A stretch of 40,933 nucleotides of DNA, from NCBI RefSeq assembly GCF_001194135.2, contig NC_069005.1, forward strand, positions 20,529,264 to 20,570,196, written 5' to 3'. Numbering within the stretch: the stretch's first letter is position 1; each line of letters begins with the position of its first letter. A program made the position numbers and the translations under genes. Of the stretch, positions 10,800 to 21,059 are shown one piece after another. Below the pieces are notes generated by a model. It made no database searches and was not told where the DNA came from. It saw nothing but the letters and a program-made list of their open reading frames with translations. This DNA comes from Octopus bimaculoides (lineage: Eukaryota).

Positions 10800-10837
10800 T
10801 CTTTTACGTTTCAAGCTTATGCTCTTCAGCAGAAAGG
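10800..10837 (-). ncRNA. Minimal type I hammerhead ribozyme-like motif (Penelope-type), variant core CUGCUGA
   Basis: Minus strand CTTT-CTGCTGA-A-GAGC ATAA GCTT-GAA-ACGT-A-AAAG: stem I CTTT/AAAG, stem II GAGC/GCTT, palindromic ACGT stem III, GUA triplet. Flanks are homologous to 34850-35010. Confidence 0.55.
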
Positions 10838-11133
10838 ATTAAGAGGTAAAAAAAAACAAAAAAAACATAGAGAAAGAAAAAAATGGAAAGAGAAAAAATG
10901 TGCAGAGTTTATTGATGAGATGACAGGAAAAATAATGGTGACCCCAATGAACTAAGGTATGCAAGCGTCTGTGTGTATGTGAGAATGGTGTGTGTGAGTG
11001 TGGATGCATGAATGGGGATGAGTGTGTGAGTACATATGTGTGGGCGAGAGTGTGAGTACATATGTGTTTGTGTGCGTATGGAAATGCGTATATGTGTGAA
11101 CGTGTGTGTGAATGTGTGTATATGAGTGAGGCT

Positions 11134-11177
<44 letters not shown>

Positions 11178-11184
11178 TGACTCT

Positions 11185-11405
11185 CCCTTCAAAGACAACA
11201 TGTGAACGTTCAGCTGCACATTACCTCACTCACTCCATCAAACCGACATTGTCTGAACGGGTGCACAGTGTATCACACGTCAGGCAGAGCAACGCGAGAT
11301 GAAGTATTTTGCTCAAGAATTCAACGCACCGCCTGGTCTACAAATTGAAACCACAATCTTGTGATCGTGAGTGCAACATTCTAACCACTAGGCCATGCGC
11401 CCTCA
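11185..11405 (-). mobile_element. tRNA-derived SINE ('family D'-like head)
   Basis: Minus strand gcgcatggcctagtggttagaatgttgcactcacgatcacaagattgtggtttcaatt: A-box TGGCCTAGTGG and B-box-like GGTTTCAATT. Confidence 0.65.
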
Positions 11406-11427
11406 CACTACACACGCGCGCGCATAT

Positions 11428-11605
11428 TCTTTTACTTGTTTCAATCATTAGACTGTGGCCATGCTGGGGCACCGCCTTGATAAAAAGTTATAAATAGACG
11501 GACTTCAACATAGTTTTCGTCTATTAAATTCACTCGCAAGGCATTGCTTACCCCTGGGCTGAAGTAGAAAACGTTTTCCCAAGGTGTCACGCAGTGGACT
11601 GAACT
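11428..11605 (-). mobile_element. SINE 'family C' fragment
   Basis: ttcttttacttgtttcaatcattagactgtggccatgctggggcaccgcc is the reverse complement of the family C 3' end; cccaaggtgtcacgcagtggactgaac is a head fragment. Confidence 0.6.
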
Positions 11606-12992
11606 TTTTTTTTTTTTTTAATCAGATCACGTTGTAAAAGAGACAGTAGGCCTAATATCATTGCTGCAGTAGTTACTTTGCATTCCACACTGTTACACAC
11701 CACAATACCTTCAGATCTATGACCTCTTCATCTGCCTTAAGAACAAGTAATTAAATTGATCAAACAGTTGAATCTTTATCGTCAAAACCGACGGAGATAC
11801 ACACACACACACACACACGCAATTATATACGAGTGTATGTATGTATGTATGTATGTATTTATGTATGTATGTATGTATGTATCTATGTATCTATCTATCT
11901 ATCTATCTACATTGATAGTAATTTATTAATGACCAACGAAGTATCTCCTTGTTTTCTATTATAATTCCACTTACAACGAAGATGCTTTATGTACATTTAA
12001 CAGGACGAAACGAAAAGAAAAAGTCAGAACGTAACTAAATTCAGCAAGCATCTATAACAATTCTACCAATCCACTGCATTCTTCACTGTTATTGATTTTG
12101 TTATTTCAATAGAGAGCGATGCAAAAGGAAAAATTTTAGATCGTCAAAATTGCGGTACCTAATCAATTTCGTCCAAATATAACTCATCAATGAGAGACAG
12201 ATATTTTTTATTCCATTTTATTGTTCTTCTTTTACGTGGTTAATGTAAAAGATTGCTTTTGATTATTGAAGGCAGTACCCCAGTATGGCCACGGTCCATG
12301 AATAAAACCAGTCAAAAAATAAAAGAATAATAATCCTGATCCGAAACTCCGCCGAAATGGTATTTCAGACAGGACTAAACTGCGAGTTAACAATAACAGC
12401 GGCATAACTACAGATGTGTACCTCATCGAATTTGTTGCCTCATAACTTCCAGAAAAATAGATATTTTTTAACGAAATTTTGGACAAATACCGCTTAGATA
12501 TTGTTGATCCAGAATATATCGGGTTTTACGGGAAATAATTTTCTGATTGGGGTAGGGAGAGGAATTTCAGAAAATTCACATGATCCGACTTTTTCCTTCA
12601 TAACTTTCACACACACACATTTGGTTAGCAGTTACTATCCTAGAAACTTCAATGGCAAAAAGGAAGTAACTAAGTAATTCTCAACGTACTTCCTAACACC
12701 TCTTCCTCTGCTTGTTATTCTTTCGCTTTCTCTATTACATATCAACTATGTGCATACAATAGTAGCTTGATATTGTGTCTTAAAAAGCGAGAAATACATA
12801 TTGGATAATGCAGTCCTTGAAGAAACAAATTTAATAGACGAGATGGTCACGATTAGAATGTCTTCATAGGTTAGTTCAACGACGGTTACTATAAAACTAA
12901 ACGATAAAAACAATTACATCTAATAAACCGAAAGAAAAAAAATAGATAATTAAAACGTATAAATATTTGTTTTTGCAATCCCATGTATGTCA

Positions 12993-13065
12993 GGTTTCGT
13001 GGTGTAGTGGTTATCACGTCTGCTTCACACGCAGAAGGCCGCGAGTTCGAGCCTCGCCGAAACCT
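12993..13065 (+). tRNA. tRNA-Val-CAC: tRNA-Val, anticodon CAC, intronless, intact cloverleaf
   Basis: GGTTTCG/CGAAACC acceptor stem (7/7), D arm GTG..CAC with AGTGG, anticodon stem TCTGC/GCAGA with loop TT-CAC-AC, T stem GCGAG/CTCGC with loop TTCGAGC; 73 nt. Confidence 0.96.
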
Positions 13066-13070
13066 GCGAA

Positions 13071-13089
13071 TTTTTTGAATTTTTTTTTT
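13071..13089 (+). terminator. RNA polymerase III terminator (T6 then T10) of the tRNA-Val gene
   Basis: T6 at 13071-13076 and T10 at 13080-13089, starting 6 nt after the discriminator base. Confidence 0.85.
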
Positions 13090-13827
13090 ACCTTGATGAA
13101 TAAAGGCAGAATTCTATCTTCCGTAAGTTGGAAAACAACGTTTGTTCTATTTTAGTATTTCCTCTAACCCCGTAAGGTACATTATTACCTTCATTCCCTT
13201 AGACGCACAGGCAAGCATAACTAGACGGGTGTGTAACTGTGTGGTGTAGGAGTTCGCTTCCCAGTAAGTTCTCGTCGCATAAATTTGCGTATGTCATTCC
13301 CTCCAATTTCTCATACTTCTGCAACAATTCATAGAAAATTTATAATTTATTATAATTCATTATAAGATAGAATTCTGCTTCAAGCACTCCATGTAACCCC
13401 AATAACTTTTTTATTTTGAGGAATTTCCAGAATATTTTTGCGAACGCGGGAATTCATACGATCACGAAAAAATAAAAAAAATTAAAGTTTTTTAAAATCC
13501 ACACCCCACTATAAATAATAAAATTTACACATTTTTCGAATTAAAAAAAAAAAATCAGAGTTTAAAATATGGACAGCCTGAATTTTTGGCTTAAATCCTG
13601 TGCTGAATCACCCGTCGTTCTATTAAATGTATTTATGAGGAGAAAAATATTGAAAATCATCAATAGATGTCAGTAACAAAGAAACGTGGAAGTTATTAGG
13701 TGGTCGTAGGATGTGCTAAAAACAACAGCTAAATCGCTAAATTTTTTTGGCATAATTGTATGAATTCCTGTGTGTAGAACACATTCAGAAGTATTTTCTG
13801 AAAATTCAAAAAAAAAAAAAAAAAAAA

Positions 13828-14344
13828 NNNNNNNNNNNNNNNNNNNNNNNNNNNNNNNNNNNNNNNNNNNNNNNNNNNNNNNNNNNNNNNNNNNNNNNNN
13901 NNNNNNNNNNNNNNNNNNNNNNNNNNNNNNNNNNNNNNNNNNNNNNNNNNNNNNNNNNNNNNNNNNNNNNNNNNNNNNNNNNNNNNNNNNNNNNNNNNNN
14001 NNNNNNNNNNNNNNNNNNNNNNNNNNNNNNNNNNNNNNNNNNNNNNNNNNNNNNNNNNNNNNNNNNNNNNNNNNNNNNNNNNNNNNNNNNNNNNNNNNNN
14101 NNNNNNNNNNNNNNNNNNNNNNNNNNNNNNNNNNNNNNNNNNNNNNNNNNNNNNNNNNNNNNNNNNNNNNNNNNNNNNNNNNNNNNNNNNNNNNNNNNNN
14201 NNNNNNNNNNNNNNNNNNNNNNNNNNNNNNNNNNNNNNNNNNNNNNNNNNNNNNNNNNNNNNNNNNNNNNNNNNNNNNNNNNNNNNNNNNNNNNNNNNNN
14301 NNNNNNNNNNNNNNNNNNNNNNNNNNNNNNNNNNNNNNNNNNNN
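13828..14344. other. Assembly gap (N run)
   Basis: N run after poly(A). Confidence 0.99.
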
Positions 14345-14648
14345 GTTGTGAGTGTTTATTGAGCAAAAACACCTAAAAGCTCCACGAGGCTCTGGCAGGG
14401 GATGGTGACAAACCCTGCTGTACTCTTTTACCACAACTTTCTCTCACTCTTTCTTCCTGTTTCTGTTGTACCTGTATTTCAAAGGGCCAGCCTTGTCACA
14501 CTGAATATCCCCGAGAACTACGTTAAGGGTACACGTGTCTGTGGAGTGCTCAGCCACTTGCACGTTAATTTCATGAGCAGGCTGTTCCGTTGATCGGATC
14601 AACTGGAACCCTTGACGTCATAAGCGACGGAGTGCCAACAACGTTGTT
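14345..14648 (+). mobile_element. tRNA-derived SINE (family D), head lost in the N-gap, (CAA)n tail
   Basis: Reverse-complement homologue of 39582-39971 (gatcggatcaactggaaccc...gacggagtgccaacaac). Confidence 0.8.
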
Positions 14649-14965
14649 GTTAACCTACATGTCGACAACAGAAAATGAAAATATTATGAACCTAGAATGG
14701 TTTTTGAAAAGAATTTAGTGAAAGAAAACAATGAAAGAAGACAATTTTTCCTTCAAAATTATGTTATGCATGTTTTTTCAAACATAAACAAAATTGTGCT
14801 ATACCAGGGGTGACTAAACCTGCTTCACAATATATAATAATGCTCAGATGCTTGTGAGACATGAACGAAATTTAATCTGCTTTTACATTTGTATCTCTAT
14901 CTGTGTTTTTATCCCACAACTTTGATCGATAAATATAGAGGCAGCATTAATATCAAGAGGTGATA

Positions 14966-15586
14966 TTTATCCCCATTTAAACGTGGATTGCAAAATGCTC
15001 TCATGTTTATATCACTAGCAGGAAGATAAATCCTCACCACCTCCAGCGCTGAGACCACCAGATCATATAATTTCAACCTTCCTTGGTCTTGTCAATGATG
15101 GATGCTCAACTGCTAGAGATAGCAGTGACTCATCTTCCCACCAGCGATATATAGAAAAACAGTGCCAGAACAGGCACTGCTGTTATGTTTAGCCAGTGAG
15201 CTTGTTAAAAATTATGTATATTTAACGGTGGTGCTCCAGCATGACCGCAGCTTTAAAGCCGAAACATTTTCAAATAGTTATATTAGCAACAGCCAATATT
15301 AGCAACACCGGTGTCTGTTCTGGCTCTGTTATTCTATATACTGCTGACAGGGAGATGAGTTGCTGCAATCTCTAGTGGTCAAGCATCCATCATTGATAAG
15401 ACCAAGGAAGGTTGAAATCACATGATCTTGCGAGCTTGGTACTGGAGGTGGCAGGGATTTATCTTCCTTCAAGTAATATAAGCAAGAGTGCATTTTGCAC
15501 CAGAAACCAATATGAGAGCTTCTCTCATGCTATCTACTGCAGTATAGCTTGTTCTAACAGTTCATCCACATCTAAGTGGGGATAAA
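14966..15586. repeat. Long foldback element: inverted arms ~14966-15187 and ~15298-15586
   Basis: Matched blocks include tttatccccatttaaacgtgga/tccacatctaagtggggataaa and atttcaaccttccttggtcttgtcaatgatggatgct/agcatccatcattgataagaccaaggaaggttgaaat. Confidence 0.85.
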
Positions 15587-16712
15587 CATTAAATTGATGA
15601 AATAAATACCAGACTTGAAAAAATAAGTAATGATTGATTAAATTCTTTCATGGTCATACGTCAGGCAGGCTAAAGTTTGATGACTAAAACCAATAGAATA
15701 AAAGAATGTTTTAATTGCTACATACACATTTGTATGTATGCAATAATATTTATGCATGAATTGACTATTTTAAAGTGTTTGATCCATTAATTTCAATTTA
15801 TACATCAAAAGTTTTAGCATATTTAATACAGAAATGAATAGCAGAATCATTAAGAAAAAAATGTGCAAATTTGCATTCAACAACGTAAAAATTAGGCTGA
15901 CAAGAATAAAAATGAAAAGGTAAAAAAATTTAATAATAATTTTATCTTAGTAAATATCTGGTCAAAACATGGAGGAAAACATTTAAGAAAGCAAACTTAT
16001 AAAATTAGAGACATTTAAATTATATCCTGTCTTATAAAGTTAGTCTTAAAATATTTTTATGACAAACAAACAATGCAATATATACCAGGCTGTTAAAGCT
16101 GTTATTTACTGCTTGTAGAGACCTTGTAGGTTTCCATCTGGGCTGTAAACTTATTGAAAATCTAGCTGTTATGTTGTCAAGACTATACAAATTAGCTCCA
16201 TCAGCTGATGGTTTGTAAAGTTTGTGCAGAGCTTCAATTTCACAAACTTTATTTCAGAGTACAATGTTCCACAGTAGTATGTTGTACTACTGAAAATTGA
16301 GAGGAGTTGCACTCTAGTTTTCTTCAGCTCAGGATATTTTATTTCTGGAACTTGTTTCCTGAACTCAGCTGTAGACAGGAATATTTGGATCATTTTTAGA
16401 CTGAGGCCCACCTGTGATTCCATTGGTTCCATTTCCACAGCAGGTGTTTCTATGACTAGAGGTTTGAGAATTGGACAACCACCATTGACCACATTATCCA
16501 TGAAAGGATTTACAAGAAAGATGGAACATGTGTATGTATGTATGCATGTATGTATGTATGTATGTATGTAAGAAAGCAAATTTATAAAATTAGAGACATT
16601 TAAATTATATCCTATCTTACAAAGTTAGTCTTAAATATTTCCAAGTAAGTTCTATGTATGCATGTATGTATGTATGCATGTATGTATGTATATATGTATG
16701 TATGTATGTATG

Positions 16713-17116
16713 TGTCATAATTCAGTTTTATTTCAAGATTTCTTGCCAATAGAGAAAGAGCTGGTTTCTAACCTGGATCCCAGGGTCCTTCATTGCAATT
16801 TCAACATCAACTGGGTATTTTTGTATGTATGTATATGTTCAGATTTTTATGTTTTGTTTTATGCATGTATTCTCATGCATATAGTTACATGTCTAGACAT
16901 GCTCATATATATTTAAATGATAAACTTCTAGAAAGTTTTACAGATTTTTACAGTTCCAGTGATGGATAGGATCTGTAGCCTTCAAATTAGCTTTCTCTTT
17001 TCTGGTTTTGAGAAGCCTAATTTCTCAAGATTGGTATTTAGGCAGTGTGTTACATATCCCAGTGCCCCAATAATTACAGGTATATACCTGAACTTGTAAT
17101 CTGGATAGAGTAGCAA
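16713..17116 (-). mobile_element. 5'-truncated RLE-type non-LTR retrotransposon 3' end, inside a (TATG)n/(CATA)n tract
   Basis: LLYPDYKFRYIPVIIGALGYVTHCLNTNLEKLGFSKPEKRKLI / LQILSITGTVKICKTF, the RLE C-terminal P.I.GALG...LQ...I.GT..I motif. 3'UTR is homologous to 36733-37004. Confidence 0.75.
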
Positions 17117-17741
17117 TATGTATGTATGTATGTATATACACATATTGAATATATGCTCATGCATTGTCATAATCCATACCAGCCATGAAGTTGCAGACAT
17201 TTCATTAGACTTTATATATTTATGAGTATCATCCACTGAAAGAATGATATCCTCCATTGAAAGATCATCAGGTTATTCCATTTTTAATATCTTTTCATAA
17301 ATCTTTTAGCTCATTTAAATCTTTTTCTGACATTCAGTTTTAAAATCCTTTTTATCAAATCTTTCACTTCACTTCATAAAAGTCAGTTTTTAAAATCATT
17401 TCATAAACCTTCCATTTTATTTTAGGTTAAAAGTCATTCCATTAACACTTCAATTTCAGTAAGCATCATCACAACATTTTAAGAACTATTACATACATCT
17501 TATCTTCTTTTTAAAATCATCATATTTCATTTTAGAAATCATTTCAAAAAAGCTCCCATTTCCTATTCAACATTTCATAACATTGAAGTTCAAAAAGCCA
17601 TTTCACAAATCTCCCTTCCATTCAAAACCCTATATGACATTTCATGTAAAAAAAAGAATTTCATAAATTCATAAAATTCCAATTTAAGTATAATTTGATA
17701 CTTTCCATTTAATTTATCATGTCACCTGAAAATAAAGCTTC

Positions 17742-17865
17742 CATAGGCACAGGAATGGCTATGTGGTAAGAAACTTGCTTCCCAACCACAAGATTCCAGG
17801 TTCAGTCCCACTGCATGGCACCTTGGGCAAGTGTCTTCTATAGCCTCAGGAAACTGAAAGAAGTC

Positions 17866-17903
<38 letters not shown>

Positions 17904-18425
17904 ATAGGAAGGACAACAAAAGAAAGAAAGAGACCTCGATATTATGTAAATAGAGGGATTAATGGCCGGATAACTGAAGAGATGTTGGTGTGGGCTCCCA
18001 CCCCGGCATCCGAAACTCGGAGTTTTATCATGGCTACTGAATAAATGTCACATATTTTTACAGATATATATATATGTGAGTTACAGGTAATGTTATCTGT
18101 TGGAGTCTCAGCTTTTTTAGCTGCTATTTCTGAACTTCGGTATATGGTGAAGCAAATATTTGCTGATCCCTTAATTATGTTCATAAATATATATATATAT
18201 ATATGTATATGTATTTGTGTGTCTGTTTTAGTCACCCCACCATTGCTTGACAACCAATGTTGGCATGTTTACATCCCTGTAACTTAGAGGTTCAGCAAAA
18301 AAGACCAATAGAATAAGTACTAGTCTCACAAAGAATAAGTCCTGGGGTCGATTTATTCAACTAAAAGTAGTGCTCCAGTATAGCTGCAGTCAAATAATTG
18401 AAACAAGTAAAAGAAATAAAAGAAA
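17742..18425 (+). mobile_element. tRNA-derived SINE (family C), with a ~285 bp insertion in its internal (TA)n tract
   Basis: Head ggcacaggaatggctatgtggtaagaaacttgcttcccaaccac...ggttcagtcccactg and tail ...gactgaaacaagtaaaaga. Homologous to 34143-34575, which lacks the insertion. Confidence 0.8.
17964..18035 (+). ncRNA. Type I hammerhead ribozyme motif with canonical core, within a Penelope-like insert (~17902-18186)
   Basis: GATAA-CTGAAGA-[GATGTTGG T GTGG GCTC CCAC C CCGGCATC C]-GAA-ACT CGG AGT-T-TTATC. Stem I GATAA/TTATC (extendable GGCC/GGCT), 12-bp stem II, short near-palindromic stem III, GUU triplet at 18022-18024. Confidence 0.72.
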
Positions 18426-18644
18426 AATTCACCAAACAAAAGCAAAAAGTCTCCATATTTCATTTGAATCTCTTTATAACAAAATTTTAAAAAGCATTTC
18501 ATAAAACTTCCATTTCATTCAACAATCTTCATAAAATATCCTTTCAAAAATCTATTTATAAATATTCTTGTTGCGTTTAAAATTCCTCTAAATATTTGAT
18601 TTTAAGAATTATTTCACAAAACTTCCAAAATATTTAAAAAATCA

Positions 18645-19976
18645 ATTACTGTTACTGCTTGATGCCATCTACTTCTTTGCCTATGCAGTTTGAATCCCAA
18701 TTCTTCTTCCTTGCCCTCGTACGTTCTATGCATTACAGTCCAGAATGATGGTGAAGAGATGTGGTGCTAGCATGTCACCTTGAAATGCTCTGGCTTTGAC
18801 TTCAAAGTATTCTGTCTCTCCATCAGGAACGATCACTTTGGCTCTGGTGTTCTCATACAGATTACTTATTGCTCTCAGAATTCTTGGTGGAATATCATAT
18901 GCTTTAAGTGTCTTCATCATCATTCCTCTATGTACTGAATCAAAAGCCTTTTTAAAGTCTACATAGATAATGATAGCCTTCCTGTTATGGCTCTTAACTC
19001 CTTCTATCTGTCTTCTAAGTGCAGCAATGTGAGATGCTGTTGACCATCTTGATCTGAATCCATTTTGATTTGGTTGCAATTGTTTGTCTATCTTAGGTTG
19101 TATTTGGTTAATTATCATCTTGTTGACCATTTTTGCCACAATGGATGACAGACTGACCTAGACTATGCTGATGACCTGGCATTACTAACAGAGAGGACAG
19201 ATCAGGCTCAGGAGGTGCTGAGAAGATGAGAGCAGGAATTGAGGAAGTAGGATTGTATTGTAATGCAAACAAAACAGAGCTGCAAGTATTCAACCATGAA
19301 ATGCCTGTGTCAGTGAAAGTGAGAGACGGTAAGTCACTGAAGGTAGTTGAAAATTTCAAATACCTTGGTGCATGGATACAAAATACTGAAAAAGACATCG
19401 CAGAAAGGAAAGCTCTTGCCTGGAGTGCAAGCCATAAATTGAGAAAGGTATGGAGTTCAAAGTGAGCAAGGAAATTGAAAGTGAAGTTGCTTCTGGCAAC
19501 AGTGGAGTCTGTTCTTCTATATGGGACTGAAACATGGACGCTCACTAAAGCATTGGAGAAGCACTTGGATGGTTGTTATACGAAGATGCTTAGAATGGCA
19601 CTCAATGTCTCCTGGAAGAGTCATACAACAAACGCTGACTTATACCAGGGACTACCAAAAGTAACATTGAAGATACAGCATAGAAGGATGAGGCTAGCTG
19701 GACACCGCATCAGGCATACAAATGAAATTACTAACAACCTAGTATTCTGGCAACCAACGGAAAGAAGAATCAAGAGAGAAAGGAGGAAGACGACCTATAT
19801 CAACAACCTGCTGAAGGATACTGGTATGGAAAGGGTACAGGAAGTGAGGGCCATTATGGAAGATCGAGATGAGTGGGGAAAACGTGTGGAAACAGTCTTG
19901 GGGCACCTTGAGGAATGACTTAGATAGATAGACAGACAGATAGATAGATAGATAGATAGATAGATAGGTAGATAGA
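18645..19976 (+). mobile_element. RTE-clade LINE, 5'-truncated with 5' inversion (18645-19154 on -, 19152-19976 on +), (GATA)n tail, 11-bp TSD
   Basis: The minus segment encodes RT motifs from SLSSIVAK through QNGFR, YVDFKKAFDSV and QGDMLAPHLF to EEELGF...AVTV. The plus segment continues TDLDYADDLALL...FKYLG...LLYGTETWTL...GHRIRH...EW to the stop. TTAAAAAATCA occurs at 18634-18644 and 19977-19987. Confidence 0.9.
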
Positions 19977-20085
19977 TTAAAAAATCACTTTAAATTTCAT
20001 TTTAAAAATCATCTTATTGAATCTATCAATATTCTTTAATTCGTTTATTCTTTTACATCTTGAGGAATGACTTAGATAGATAGAC

Positions 20086-20123
<38 letters not shown>

Positions 20124-20124
20124 T

Positions 20125-20183
<59 letters not shown>

Positions 20184-20311
20184 GTAGATAGGTAGATAGG
20201 TAGATAGAGAGATAGATAGAGAGATAGATAGATTAAAAAATCACTTTAAATTTCATTTTAAAAATCATCTTATTGAATCTATCAATATTCTTTAATTCTT
20301 TTATTCTTTTA
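19904..20311 (+). repeat. Tandem duplication of LINE 3' end + (GATA)n + downstream flank (19904-20055 and 20056-20311)
   Basis: cttgaggaatgacttagataga...ttaaaaaatcactttaaatttc...attctttta occurs twice, differing mainly in GATA copy number. Confidence 0.85.
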
Positions 20312-21059
20312 CTTGATTGAGTGTGCAGGTTTCCATATTTTCTTCCAGTTAGTTTCTGGGCACGTGGCTGTTGAAATGCTGCATTTATTGGCTTCCACGG
20401 TCAGCAAAATCTTTGTGCATTGGCAGTATTGCATTGCAGTGAAGTGCATTGCAGTACAGTGCTTTCTGTTGTGTGTTCTGTAACAAGTGGAATGAGAGTT
20501 GTGGCTTAACGAAAGTGGAATGCATTTGTGGAACTTCAATAGTAACTGCAGAATCTGATTATCAGTGGATGGCACAGGGTTAGATTGAGGCTGCACATTA
20601 AGTTGATAAAGGTACATATTGGTGCTGACAAAAGTTGTCATTCTTTTCGTCTGGTATGACAACTGTTGAAGTGAAGCAAAGGTTGTTGAAAGGAAGGTCA
20701 TATTTCTTTAGCTCAGGTCACCAAATGTATGTGACGACACAATGGAACATGCAGTATCAGAAAGGCAGTAATTCTTTTTAGCATCGGGTCAGCAAGTTCT
20801 TTTTAAGTCAGGGCAGCGAGTTCATTATAAGTCAGGTTCACCAATTCCAACGGTATTTTAGTTGGAGTCAGTGGTCACCATTTGTAACGGTATGTATTAT
20901 GATTATTGTTGGGATATGTGTTGGAGTCAGCAGTTACCAATTGTAAAGGTTGTTGATGTTGCAGATGTGCAATATGAATCAAGAACAGTGATCAAAGTTG
21001 TAAACAAACATTTATTTACCGTTGCATATTGTTACACCCAAACCACAACAACCTAAGAT

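Noticed and set aside
13670-14434. Long ORFs spanning N runs (also 34963-35670 and 36051-36857)
   Set aside because: Open only because N codons contain no stops.
20309-20701. 130-aa minus-strand ORF as a possible Gypsy gag
   Set aside because: Only a vague Cys/His pattern; no recognisable capsid or zinc-knuckle spacing.
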